Below are positions 1 to 8,621 of a DNA stretch of 64,000 nucleotides, one piece after another. The notes under the pieces are model-generated. The model saw nothing but the letters and a program-made list of their open reading frames with translations, did no database searches and was not told the DNA's origin. The position numbers and the translations under genes are program-made. Origin of the DNA: a virus; the IMG/VR virus record IMGVR_UViG_3300027509_000012. The stretch is one strand, 5' to 3'. Position 1 is the stretch's first letter; each line of letters opens with the position of its first letter.

Positions 1-726
1 GAACGCTGGGTATTTAAGGCAGACATTGATGTGGTCAATACATCCACTGTTAAGATAAACACGTTGCCATACGGCGTTCAACATGCGAAGTATATTACTA
101 CTCTGCATAAATTCATTGAAGCGGATAAGATCGCATCCTATACTGATGATTCAAAAGATATATATGATATTACAGTTAAATTTAAACGTGGTGCATTGAA
201 AGGTAAGACCGTTGATGAAGTTAGATCAATGTTAGGACTGACTGTACAAATAAAAGAGAATTTGAATGTGATTGACTTCGATGGTCAGTCTATCTATCCA
301 TCATCATTTAAAGAGATTGTCCAAGACTTTACCGATTGGCGTCTATCTTGGTATAAGACTCGATATGAACATAAACGAGATTTACTCAAAGTTGATATCC
401 AGCGATACTTAGATATTATAAAAGCGATCAATAAAAACGTTGGTGGTTTGGCTAAGAAAACTGAATCGCGAGCAGAATTGAAGGAACTACTTGCTAGCTT
501 CGATATTGTTATGTTAGATTATATTGCTGATCTACCTGTTTATCGATTTACACAAGCTGAGAAGCAAAAGATCCAAGATAAATTGACAGAAGCACAAAAG
601 GTATTGAAGCAATATAACCGAATCATAAAGAATGAAAAACTTCGAGTTGATATCTATGTTGATGAACTCACGGAGTTAGCAGCGAAAAGTAAGAAGGGTA
701 TATATTCACAAGATTTTTACGACTAA
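1..726 (+). CDS. Type II DNA topoisomerase, A/gp52-like subunit, C-terminal part (5' truncated by window)
   Basis: Frame is open from base 1. INTLPYG, 'IVQDFTDWRLSWYKTR' and 'IADLPVYRFT' plus coiled coil resemble the GyrA/ParC/gp52 C-terminal region. Confidence 0.8.
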   Translation, partial: ERWVFKADIDVVNTSTVKINTLPYGVQHAKYITTLHKFIEADKIASYTDDSKDIYDITVKFKRGALKGKTVDEVRSMLGLTVQIKENLNVIDFDGQSIYPSSFKEIVQDFTDWRLSWYKTRYEHKRDLLKVDIQRYLDIIKAINKNVGGLAKKTESRAELKELLASFDIVMLDYIADLPVYRFTQAEKQKIQDKLTEAQKVLKQYNRIIKNEKLRVDIYVDELTELAAKSKKGIYSQDFYD

Positions 727-735
727 TAAATATTA

Positions 736-777
736 TGTGAAACGAATCACACCAATAATTAATTATAATGGTATGAT
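736..777 (+). promoter_or_regulatory. Perfect CRP-type palindrome plus extended -10 element
   Basis: TGTGA-AACGAA-TCACA at 736-751; TATAAT at 764-769; TG-n-TATGAT at 769-777. Confidence 0.55.
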
Positions 778-783
778 TAATTA

Positions 784-1047
784 TTGATTTTTAACCGAAG
801 AAGGGCAATGCGTAACAACAAAAACGAGTTTGATCGACAGATTCTATCTGATATTAAAACAATGGATGCTGATGAATTGATGAAGATTCATGGCATATCT
901 ATTAATGAAGAAACGAAAGAAGTATACGATCAGACATACGATAAAACTTTCTCGGATATTAACGAGTGGATTTATTTTTCCTCTGAAGATCAGGAAAGTG
1001 AGTTTGAAAAATTTGGTGTAGACGATGAATACTACGACGATTACTAA
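784..1047 (+). CDS. Hypothetical acidic protein (start probably ATG at 808)
   Basis: ORF co-oriented with neighbours; GAAGGG precedes ATG 808; no recognisable motif. Confidence 0.6.
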   Translation: MIFNRRRAMRNNKNEFDRQILSDIKTMDADELMKIHGISINEETKEVYDQTYDKTFSDINEWIYFSSEDQESEFEKFGVDDEYYDDY

Positions 1048-1468
1048 CGATGATTCAGAAAATAATGATACTGATGAAATAGCCAACCAGAAAAAAGGTT
1101 GGGCTGGAATATTTCTTCTTGAACGTCATAGAGATTTTATCTATAGAAAGTTCAAACCCAAATTTGAAAAGCAAACAGATTGCCACATAACCACAGCTTT
1201 TAATGTTACTGGCTTAGATGAAGATTTTAATCTAGAACGTTTAAAGATAATCGGATATGCTGGTGGTGAAACTATTGAATGTATTGTTGTGGAAGTAAAC
1301 AGTAAATTGTTTAGACCATCAGGTGGCTATTACCATATAACACTATCTTATAATCCTGCGCTTGCTACTCCAAAGGATAGTAACGTCTTACTAAAGCAAG
1401 GCTTCAATGGTATCGATCATATTCATTTACCACCAAAAGGTTGTGAATATAAATTTGTGGAATTTTAA
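1025..1468 (+). CDS. 2H phosphoesterase (cyclic phosphodiesterase-like)
   Basis: Two HxT motifs (CHITTAF, YHITLSY) followed by 'PKDSNVLL', as in tRNA-ligase CPDase-type 2H domains; 147 aa. Confidence 0.7.
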   Translation: MNTTTITNDDSENNDTDEIANQKKGWAGIFLLERHRDFIYRKFKPKFEKQTDCHITTAFNVTGLDEDFNLERLKIIGYAGGETIECIVVEVNSKLFRPSGGYYHITLSYNPALATPKDSNVLLKQGFNGIDHIHLPPKGCEYKFVEF

Positions 1469-1743
1469 TGACCATTGAATTTCTAAATGAAATAAACGCA
1501 ATGATCCTACTTCCAGATAAGCCGTTGGTTGGTGATTATATAGCAACCGATTGGGATGAACAGCATCCATCTGATTGGAAGGATCAAAATATAAGTTGGT
1601 ATTGCGCTCAAGTAATTGAGGTTGATGGTGATAAATATAAAATGAGCTATGATGATTCATGGTATACGTTTACTGAATTTGGTACGCCCAAACCAAGTAA
1701 ACTTCAATTAGTAAATATCTACCCAGCAATACCAGCGATATAA
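1468..1743 (+). CDS. Hypothetical protein
   Basis: TAATG coupling to the upstream ORF. Confidence 0.6.
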   Translation: MTIEFLNEINAMILLPDKPLVGDYIATDWDEQHPSDWKDQNISWYCAQVIEVDGDKYKMSYDDSWYTFTEFGTPKPSKLQLVNIYPAIPAI

Positions 1744-1752
1744 GGAACGACA

Positions 1753-2004
1753 TTGATATTATATAACATGGAAGATGTAAAAAAATTACTACACTATAAT
1801 TCCATGCTATTTTTTGGAATGATATTGTTGCTGTTCTTGGCTGGCAATGTAATAATTAATAATGAATTTCTAACAGGAATATTTTCATTGATATTCAATA
1901 TCAGTTATATGGTATTCTTACTATCTGTTTGGTTAATGGGTTGGAGATTTATTCAATTTCAAGAATTTATAAATCGACCTAATCGAGTAGTAGTTAAAAT
2001 CTAA
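1753..2004 (+). CDS. Small membrane protein with two predicted TM helices
   Basis: Two long hydrophobic stretches; AAGGA upstream. Confidence 0.6.
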   Translation: MILYNMEDVKKLLHYNSMLFFGMILLLFLAGNVIINNEFLTGIFSLIFNISYMVFLLSVWLMGWRFIQFQEFINRPNRVVVKI

Positions 2005-2195
2005 GATTTCTTTTTGGGTGTCTCATGTACCACTGCATGAGAAAATGATCTATGACAGCATTTATCTAAAACTTCTTTTTGTTGGGCTTCGTTCATTGAA
2101 GCCCAATTATTAATTTCTTCTAAAGTTCTATAACAGCCTGCGCACCTACCATTGCGTATTTCGCATATACGAATACATGGTGATAGGTTAGCCAC
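2001..2195 (-). CDS. DUF1289-like Cys-rich protein
   Basis: SPCIRIC...CAGCYRTLEEINNW signature; likely GTG start at 2195 overlapping the RNR stop. Confidence 0.8.
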   Translation of the reverse strand: MANLSPCIRICEIRNGRCAGCYRTLEEINNWASMNEAQQKEVLDKCCHRSFSHAVVHETPKKKS

Positions 2196-4092
2196 ATTTA
2201 GATCCACCACAGTCAGCACAAACGCTACATCCGCTTTCATATCGAACGTTTTCACTTCCACATTCTAAGCAAGTCGCGTTTTCTACTTTTTCACCATCAT
2301 TGACATAACCTGATAGTAATTTCTTTATTGCATATGTGAATGATCCTGCCACTGCATTTTCACTTCGATCAAGAGTTGCTACGATATTCTTAATGAACAC
2401 GCCATGACGTAGATTGAGACTTACAAGACGTGCAACTTTATTAATGTTGTTATCTTTATTCATCTTCTTTACTTGATCATCAATGTGAACCTGTGGAATG
2501 CCTTTGGATATGGCAAGTTCTAAAAGAAGATCAACCGCTTCGTCTGCGACTAATGAAGTTTCTGTATAGTTTGATTTAACAAACAATGCAAATGGTCGAT
2601 TTGAATCTGGAAGCATACTGACAGTACAATATAGTTTCTTCTTTTCAGCTCGAAGTACTTTAACTTCTGCTGGTGATGATTCTGGTAATTTAACATCTTC
2701 TAAGATGATTTCTTCTTCATCTGGAGAAGCAGTCTTTTCTTCGGCGGCAGACAATACAGAAGTCATGGTATTAGCTCGGTATGTAGTTAACCCTTTCAGG
2801 ACTTCTGAATTATATCCATCAAGATAAAGATTTTTAAATTTTTCATATGGATAATCTTCTGGGATATTGATCGTTTTGGAACAACTAGAATCTATCCAAT
2901 AAGCAAATCCCTTTAAATCTATAAGATGATCTTCTACTGATAAATCTAGTGTCGAAACTGCCCAATCAGCATCTGGGTTCCATTCATTTGATTGATTTAA
3001 TGAATGTACACCATAATCTTCACACAGAGTTTCTTTTGTTAAGCCACGATTTGTGTCTATTTTATAAACCGTCCCATCTGGGCCGATGCCTTTAAGGATT
3101 GTTTCATCCCCCTCTTTTGTAAATTTAAACATTTCTGTTTCATGAAATTCACCTTCATACCATTTCGGACAAACATCAGCTATATCATCTGGCATAGAAT
3201 TTATAATACTTGTACGCACGTAAGATGGCATAAAGATTGGTTCTAAACCACCAGAAACAATATTAGCCGCTATTCCAGTGTTACCCGTAGGTTGAATAGA
3301 TAATAAGTTTGAATTTCGAATGCCAGTAGTTCGAAGTTTCTGCATATATTCTTCTGGGAGGTTTAATCTTTTTACAAATTCCGCTTCTGCGTGTAATTCG
3401 GGTTTGCAATAAGTATACATACCTCTTTCTATTGCCAAATCAATTGATGACATGTATGCTTGCTGTGCTATTGCCGACATAATTTGTTCTTTAATCACTT
3501 CTGCCTTTTCTGATCCAAATTTAACTTGTAACATATATAAAGCTGATCCCCAACCCATAATTCCAATACCGATTCGACGTTTATGATCGCGAGAATAATC
3601 ATATTCAGGTAATGGTGTTAAAGATACGTTGTTTACATTATCTAAAAACCTCACCAGATACGAAACAGTTTTTCTTAACTCAACAACATCGAAACCACTT
3701 TTATCTTCATTAATAAATTTAGTAAGATTGATACTAGACAAGCAACAAATACCACCTGATAATGCTAAAAGCTGCTCTCCACATGGGTTACTGGCTTTAA
3801 TTTTTTCGCTCGGTTCATACGTTGATGGTGCTAATTTATTTGCACGCTCTAAAAACAATACGCCGGGTTCTGCTCGATTATAAGTGCTTTGCATAATCAA
3901 ATCCCAAAGATAAGAAACTTTCACTGTTTTATGTACAATAACTGGATATTCTAATTCTTTCCAATCAGATAAAAATCCATTCCATTTTTCTGCATACATT
4001 TCATGTGTAGTATCAGGGAATTCTAAATTCCAATTCTCAAGTTCTTCAATTTCTTTATCTATATCTGCTATCTGCTGTTCAATATTATTCAT
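2188..4092 (-). CDS. nrdJ: Class II (B12-dependent) ribonucleotide reductase, C-terminal fragment
   Basis: AEPGVLF, NPCGEQ, CCLSSINL, RRIGIGIMG, IQPTG, GLEP, SKTIN, single-Tyr TYR; TSCPD-like domain and C-terminal Zn ribbon (CLECG...CADCGGSKCG). Confidence 0.9.
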   Translation of the reverse strand: MNNIEQQIADIDKEIEELENWNLEFPDTTHEMYAEKWNGFLSDWKELEYPVIVHKTVKVSYLWDLIMQSTYNRAEPGVLFLERANKLAPSTYEPSEKIKASNPCGEQLLALSGGICCLSSINLTKFINEDKSGFDVVELRKTVSYLVRFLDNVNNVSLTPLPEYDYSRDHKRRIGIGIMGWGSALYMLQVKFGSEKAEVIKEQIMSAIAQQAYMSSIDLAIERGMYTYCKPELHAEAEFVKRLNLPEEYMQKLRTTGIRNSNLLSIQPTGNTGIAANIVSGGLEPIFMPSYVRTSIINSMPDDIADVCPKWYEGEFHETEMFKFTKEGDETILKGIGPDGTVYKIDTNRGLTKETLCEDYGVHSLNQSNEWNPDADWAVSTLDLSVEDHLIDLKGFAYWIDSSCSKTINIPEDYPYEKFKNLYLDGYNSEVLKGLTTYRANTMTSVLSAAEEKTASPDEEEIILEDVKLPESSPAEVKVLRAEKKKLYCTVSMLPDSNRPFALFVKSNYTETSLVADEAVDLLLELAISKGIPQVHIDDQVKKMNKDNNINKVARLVSLNLRHGVFIKNIVATLDRSENAVAGSFTYAIKKLLSGYVNDGEKVENATCLECGSENVRYESGCSVCADCGGSKCG

Positions 4093-5618
4093 TATAGTGC
4101 CTTTAGTTTATATTTTATTAATCCACAATCCCATATTCTATAGAATCCATTATTTTTACAATTTACATATTCACTTACATTTTCATCATAGTTTTTTAAT
4201 TTCTTTTTTAATATAGATTTTCGAAATGAAAATTTATGTATTCGTTTTGTTCCTACTTTATATCTGTAATCAGGTTTAGTTATGTATTCAATTTTAAATC
4301 CAGTTTTTTCGTATAAATTACCGTTACTCCATCGACGATCTGCAAAGGTAAATAAATCATAATTTCTATATTTTGATATTATCTTAGAGAAACCACCAAC
4401 TACGTGTTTTGATGATGCATAGCGAGTAATCATTAATCCATCCTTTTCTTTTTTAAATAATGCAAGACATACTAATTCATCGTTATCATCAACTAGCCCG
4501 GTTCTAATGGATGATCCACCATATCCTTGAATATGATATTTAGACATAAAGTTTTTAGCTGAATCAACATCAATATTATATTTTATATTTGTTTTTCTGG
4601 CGTATACTTTCTCTCTATTATCTGTTTTTAATAAACTTAATATTTTAGATTTTACTAATTCTTTTGAATGTAACCATTCATCCTCAAAGATTGTAATAAG
4701 CTGAATTCCAACTTCTTCACACATTTGAGTTTTTCTTAAATGATATTTTTTGTCTATTTTATGCTCGATTGCTTCTGAATGCCAATAAAGTCCACAATAT
4801 TCAAACGCTATATTTTTATCAGGTATGTTTATGTCTAATTGATAAGGTGCAATTGTTTTATTGTCTGAAGTTATTATTGGGCAATCACAAATAGTATGAA
4901 TAAATTCAGATAATTCTCTTTCTTCTGTTGAAATAAAATGGGTTTTGGGTTTAATATTATGTTTATTAAAATATCGAGAAACCGTTGTTCTATTTACTGA
5001 AAGGTGATTTGCAATTTTACCCAAATGCATAGTTTTATTTAATTTTTTGAGTAATTCTACATTCATTAAATCATCATGTGGAAATTCTTCGTTTAAATGA
5101 TAATTATAATTTAGTGTGCCGAATTTATCAATCATTGTTTCCTGTTGTTTTTCTAAAAGTTTTTTATTCTTTAACGGAGAGGTCACTCCAAATTTATCAA
5201 TCATTCCATCAACAACTTTTTGTTTTCCTTCATCTGAACTAAAAAAATAATCTGAACCATATTTTTCTTTACATGTAGTTCTTATTTTATCGCTAACAAA
5301 ATTTGAGTTTGCGGAACATTTTAAAGAACAGAAACGATTATAACCTTTTATTCTACTAGGACTTGGTTTGTTGGCACGATCAACCCATGTAGTTATGTTT
5401 TCACAAGATTCATTACCACATATAATGGGTTCTTTAATATTAAGCCTAACATTATGTAGCTTTTGAAGGTGGGAAATATTTGATGGAAATTTTTCATTCC
5501 ATTGATCTAATAAATCAGAAACTGTAGAGTTACTTTTTAATAAGCGAACTGCTTTTTGACTAACTCTACCCGATTTAGTAATAATTCCAGCATCAATTAA
5601 GTGATCAGTTAAATTCAT
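4092..5618 (-). mobile_element. Free-standing putative homing endonuclease between the two RNR fragments
   Basis: N-terminal C-x4-C...CSLKC Zn motif, 'KYG/KFG' repeats, PD-(D/E)xK/Vsr-like 'LDINIPDKNIAFEYCGLYWH', C-terminal 'FADRRWS...RIWDCG' domain; AT-rich; abuts both RNR fragments. Confidence 0.8.
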
Positions 5619-5619
5619 T

Positions 5620-6354
5620 TTATAGTTGTTTTTCTAATTCTACCTTTTTTGCTTTGAGTTCAGCTATTCGATTTACTCTGTCCATAAATGCATCGGTGCA
5701 ATTTACTGAAATATTAAATTTACTTAAACGGCCTGCGGTTTGTTTAGCAGTAATAAACTCAACAATATCTGGATGAGTTACATCAAGAATTCCCATCATC
5801 GCACCTTTGCGGATCTTAGTTTTCTTTGCAATGTTTTTAGAATCTGTGTCCGCACCAGCTCCACTGGTTATAACATCACTGCTTTTATCAAAAAGTTCCA
5901 TAAATTTTACAGCGCCGGGTGTGGCAGCACCAACTCCCATTATATCCGCACCACGAGGGCGAATATAAGAAAAATTCTCTCCCCAACCACCTTCACTTTT
6001 TAATGTCTGAGCTTGTGATCTTAAATGGGCCAAAATACCATCAAGTGAATCAATATCGTATTTTTCGGTTGGGCCAACAAAGCAATTAAATTGCGTAGTC
6101 TTACCATATCCAGCTCCAGCGTTTGATAAAATCCGGCCACCCGGCACGACTTTAAAGCCATTTAACATCTCATAAAAACGATCTTCCCAGACTTCTTTAT
6201 CTTTTTGGTTATCTTCTCCATCAGCGATTCCTTTAGCTACACGTTGAAAAGTGTCGTCTATCGTTTCGTCTGAGTGATACTTGTAAGTGGTTTCCCAGAT
6301 TTCTTGTGAAAAATCATTCGTAAATTCAGTTGGGGGCAGATTGGACTTTGACAT
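5620..6354 (-). CDS. nrdJ: Class II ribonucleotide reductase, N-terminal fragment
   Basis: VPGGRILSNAG, FNCFV, GGWGENFSYIRPRG, RKGAMMG, HPDIVEFI, FNISV. Confidence 0.9.
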   Translation of the reverse strand: MSKSNLPPTEFTNDFSQEIWETTYKYHSDETIDDTFQRVAKGIADGEDNQKDKEVWEDRFYEMLNGFKVVPGGRILSNAGAGYGKTTQFNCFVGPTEKYDIDSLDGILAHLRSQAQTLKSEGGWGENFSYIRPRGADIMGVGAATPGAVKFMELFDKSSDVITSGAGADTDSKNIAKKTKIRKGAMMGILDVTHPDIVEFITAKQTAGRLSKFNISVNCTDAFMDRVNRIAELKAKKVELEKQL

Positions 6355-6392
6355 TAAATGGTTTCCTATTATTGTTTATTTTCTAGTAGGGT

Positions 6393-6455
6393 TATTTATA
6401 TTGACCCGATTACATTCATGTCATTAATCATATCTGATTGTGTGACATGTTTCAA
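6393..6455 (-). promoter_or_regulatory. RNR promoters: sigma70-like TTGAAA-17-TATGAT and late-type TATAAATA
   Basis: -35 at 6455-6450, -10 at 6432-6427, TATAAATA at 6400-6393 on the minus strand. Confidence 0.5.
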
Positions 6456-6487
6456 TATGTTAATTAGTTTTATTTTGAATTAAAATA

Positions 6488-6503
6488 TGTGATATACTTC
6501 ACA
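6488..6503. promoter_or_regulatory. Perfect CRP-type palindrome
   Basis: TGTGA-TATACT-TCACA in the divergent intergenic gap; weaker TGTGA half-sites at 6441 and 6513. Confidence 0.55.
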
Positions 6504-6513
6504 TTAATATTTT

Positions 6514-6747
6514 GTGACAATTTTAACTAAATACATAATATATGTCGAGATAATAATAATGAATAAAAAAGATGTAGCTCTTATGAATTACCTAGAATTC
6601 AATTTGATTGGACTTATCGAAGAAATACGTCCACATATTAAAGATGATACTAACATTGAAGATATTTATCGTCTAGCATATAATATGCATGATGATATAA
6701 AAAAGACTGTCGCTGAACCATCCGGATTAATGTCAGAAAGAAATTAA
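6514..6747 (+). CDS. Hypothetical protein (start probably ATG at 6559)
   Basis: Short ORF after a TAAATA element. Confidence 0.5.
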   Translation: MTILTKYIIYVEIIIMNKKDVALMNYLEFNLIGLIEEIRPHIKDDTNIEDIYRLAYNMHDDIKKTVAEPSGLMSERN

Positions 6748-6782
6748 TTTAACATACTCAAAATACCTGTATATATACATAT

Positions 6783-7337
6783 ATGAAGTTATACAACTTA
6801 TTAAAAGATGATACTGGTTTATTGAAAGCAGTAAAATTAAATTGTCAAGAATTTATTGAAGTCTCAAATGATCTACCGTTGATAAAATGGTGTTCCTCTC
6901 ATTATGCTGACGTACACAAAGTTAAAGTACGAAAACGAAAAACTGATGATGAATTTACTCAGATGTTTAATTCTGCATTCACTAAAGATTATCCTTCATT
7001 AATTAATCGTTCTATTGTTATCAATCCAGAACAAGAAGCCAATGGCTCAGAACAATTCTATATATTCCCGACTGATGGATTTAAATTTATATACAACACA
7101 GAGATAGTTAATTCTCGACGACAATTAACTGATACATTAGAAGAAATTAATCAGAACATGCCCGATGGTGGTTCAAATATCATCACTGATGTTTTAAGTT
7201 TAACTTACCAAAATACAAATCTGTCAAAAGCAATCATGGACAATGTTGAAATTATCGTTTACAATATCCCTGTTTTTTATGCTGTGCGAACGAACGTAGA
7301 GTATTCAGTCCTTTTGGAGATATTAAAAGATGGTTAA
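6783..7337 (+). CDS. Hypothetical protein
   Basis: 184-aa ORF coupled to the next gene; no confident motif. Confidence 0.6.
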   Translation: MKLYNLLKDDTGLLKAVKLNCQEFIEVSNDLPLIKWCSSHYADVHKVKVRKRKTDDEFTQMFNSAFTKDYPSLINRSIVINPEQEANGSEQFYIFPTDGFKFIYNTEIVNSRRQLTDTLEEINQNMPDGGSNIITDVLSLTYQNTNLSKAIMDNVEIIVYNIPVFYAVRTNVEYSVLLEILKDG

Positions 7338-7626
7338 ACCTATAATGGTAGTTGATGAAGTTGTTGCTCTTAAATTAATTTCGGGTGAAGAAATGGTGGT
7401 CCGTGTGACTGGTATTGGTGAAGGTGTGGTTGCTGTTAAAGATTCAAGAACTTTAATGCCAAGTCAAAATGGTCAAGGCGTTGATATGATTCCAACCTAT
7501 TTTCTTGGTGGTGAGTTGCAAGAAGGTCAAGTATATCTTGATAAAATTATTGCCATAAGTAAATTAAATCTAGAAAATGAAAATAAATATCTCTCTGCTG
7601 TTTCTGGGTTACAATTGCCTAAATAA
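7330..7626 (+). CDS. Small beta-barrel (Sm-like) phage protein
   Basis: 'VVALKLISGEEMVVRV' pattern recurs in T4-like phage small proteins; GGAG SD. Confidence 0.5.
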   Translation: MVKPIMVVDEVVALKLISGEEMVVRVTGIGEGVVAVKDSRTLMPSQNGQGVDMIPTYFLGGELQEGQVYLDKIIAISKLNLENENKYLSAVSGLQLPK

Positions 7627-7629
7627 GAG

Positions 7630-8607
7630 ATGAGAGATATAACCGTATATAAATGTAATGTATGTGATCGCGAAGTTCAGTTAGTACGAAAACCACAGAC
7701 TATTGAGACTGTTGGTAAATGTATAATCACTGAGAATTGTCGCGGTCAATTATACATAGAAAAATTAATTCAAACTTCAGAACCTAGAATTAAACGAACT
7801 CCTGATGAAGTAGGAGTTGATAATTTCTATGCTCGACCAAAACTAAGAAAATTCACTCAGCCATACAATAAAGATAATTGGTACATAAATCATCAACTAG
7901 AAACATTTCCAATCATATCGGTTTACAGTGATGATGACGATCAGACTCCAATATCTGATCTTAATTATGAAATTGAGTTAGTCGATAATAATACTGTTAT
8001 ATTACAATTTAATGCACCAACATCTGGAACAGCGGAGTTATATGTTCGCGAAGTTGCACCAGTAGAATCGGTAGTGGCTGCACAAATCACTGATGAAGTA
8101 TTTTCACCTGTTAGCACAAACCTATTAACTGGAACTATAACGCTAGCATTAACAGAAACGATATTAGATGAACTTGCAGAGGCAGACACTCCAGATGTAG
8201 TTCGAATTAAATTTACTGATGCTAATAAACAAATATTATTTGGTACATTTGATTTAGAATCAACAAATACAAACTCTCCGTGGAATAGTGTTAATAAAGT
8301 AGTTTATAAAAATAAATCTTATTTTCTAAAAACAATTAATATATTTTCTTCTGGATATAATGCTGCATTAATATCAAACGGAACTACAGCCGAAATATTA
8401 AAATCTGATAATTCACAATTTGACTCAAATCAAGTGATTGCACTTTTAGCGCAAGACCCATTTGATCCTGCTGATATTATCACTAATGAAATAGTAGAAA
8501 TTGATAAAATAAATTCTTCTACCAACATTCTTTTCTTTGACAACGATGAATTGTTTTGCAATAATAATGCGAAGACCAGCACATTTCCTAATTTGCTGCT
8601 CTCTTAA
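7630..8607 (+). CDS. Putative virion-associated protein with N-terminal Cys cluster
   Basis: CNVC...C...C, then a 'WYINHQL..FP.ISVY...NTVILQF...SGTA' beta module typical of phage structural proteins. Confidence 0.5.
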   Translation: MRDITVYKCNVCDREVQLVRKPQTIETVGKCIITENCRGQLYIEKLIQTSEPRIKRTPDEVGVDNFYARPKLRKFTQPYNKDNWYINHQLETFPIISVYSDDDDQTPISDLNYEIELVDNNTVILQFNAPTSGTAELYVREVAPVESVVAAQITDEVFSPVSTNLLTGTITLALTETILDELAEADTPDVVRIKFTDANKQILFGTFDLESTNTNSPWNSVNKVVYKNKSYFLKTINIFSSGYNAALISNGTTAEILKSDNSQFDSNQVIALLAQDPFDPADIITNEIVEIDKINSSTNILFFDNDELFCNNNAKTSTFPNLLLS

Positions 8608-8621
8608 TTATTTGAGCAAAT

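Noticed and set aside
2196-2261. Long N-terminus of the DUF1289 ORF as given in the track
   Set aside because: It overlaps the RNR Zn-ribbon coding region; the GTG at 2195 gives the typical domain start.
4092-5619. Group I intron interrupting nrdJ
   Set aside because: The endonuclease ORF fills the whole gap (0-1 nt spacers), leaving no evident room for a ribozyme core, and both RNR fragments have their own stop/start. It is not formally excluded without RT-PCR.
4087-5626. T4 gene 60-style ribosomal bypass across the insert
   Set aside because: The matching CTA landing codon is itself followed by TAA, and the gap is 1.5 kb.
6783-7337. ADP-ribosyltransferase-like fold
   Set aside because: Only a vague pattern resemblance; catalytic residues could not be identified.
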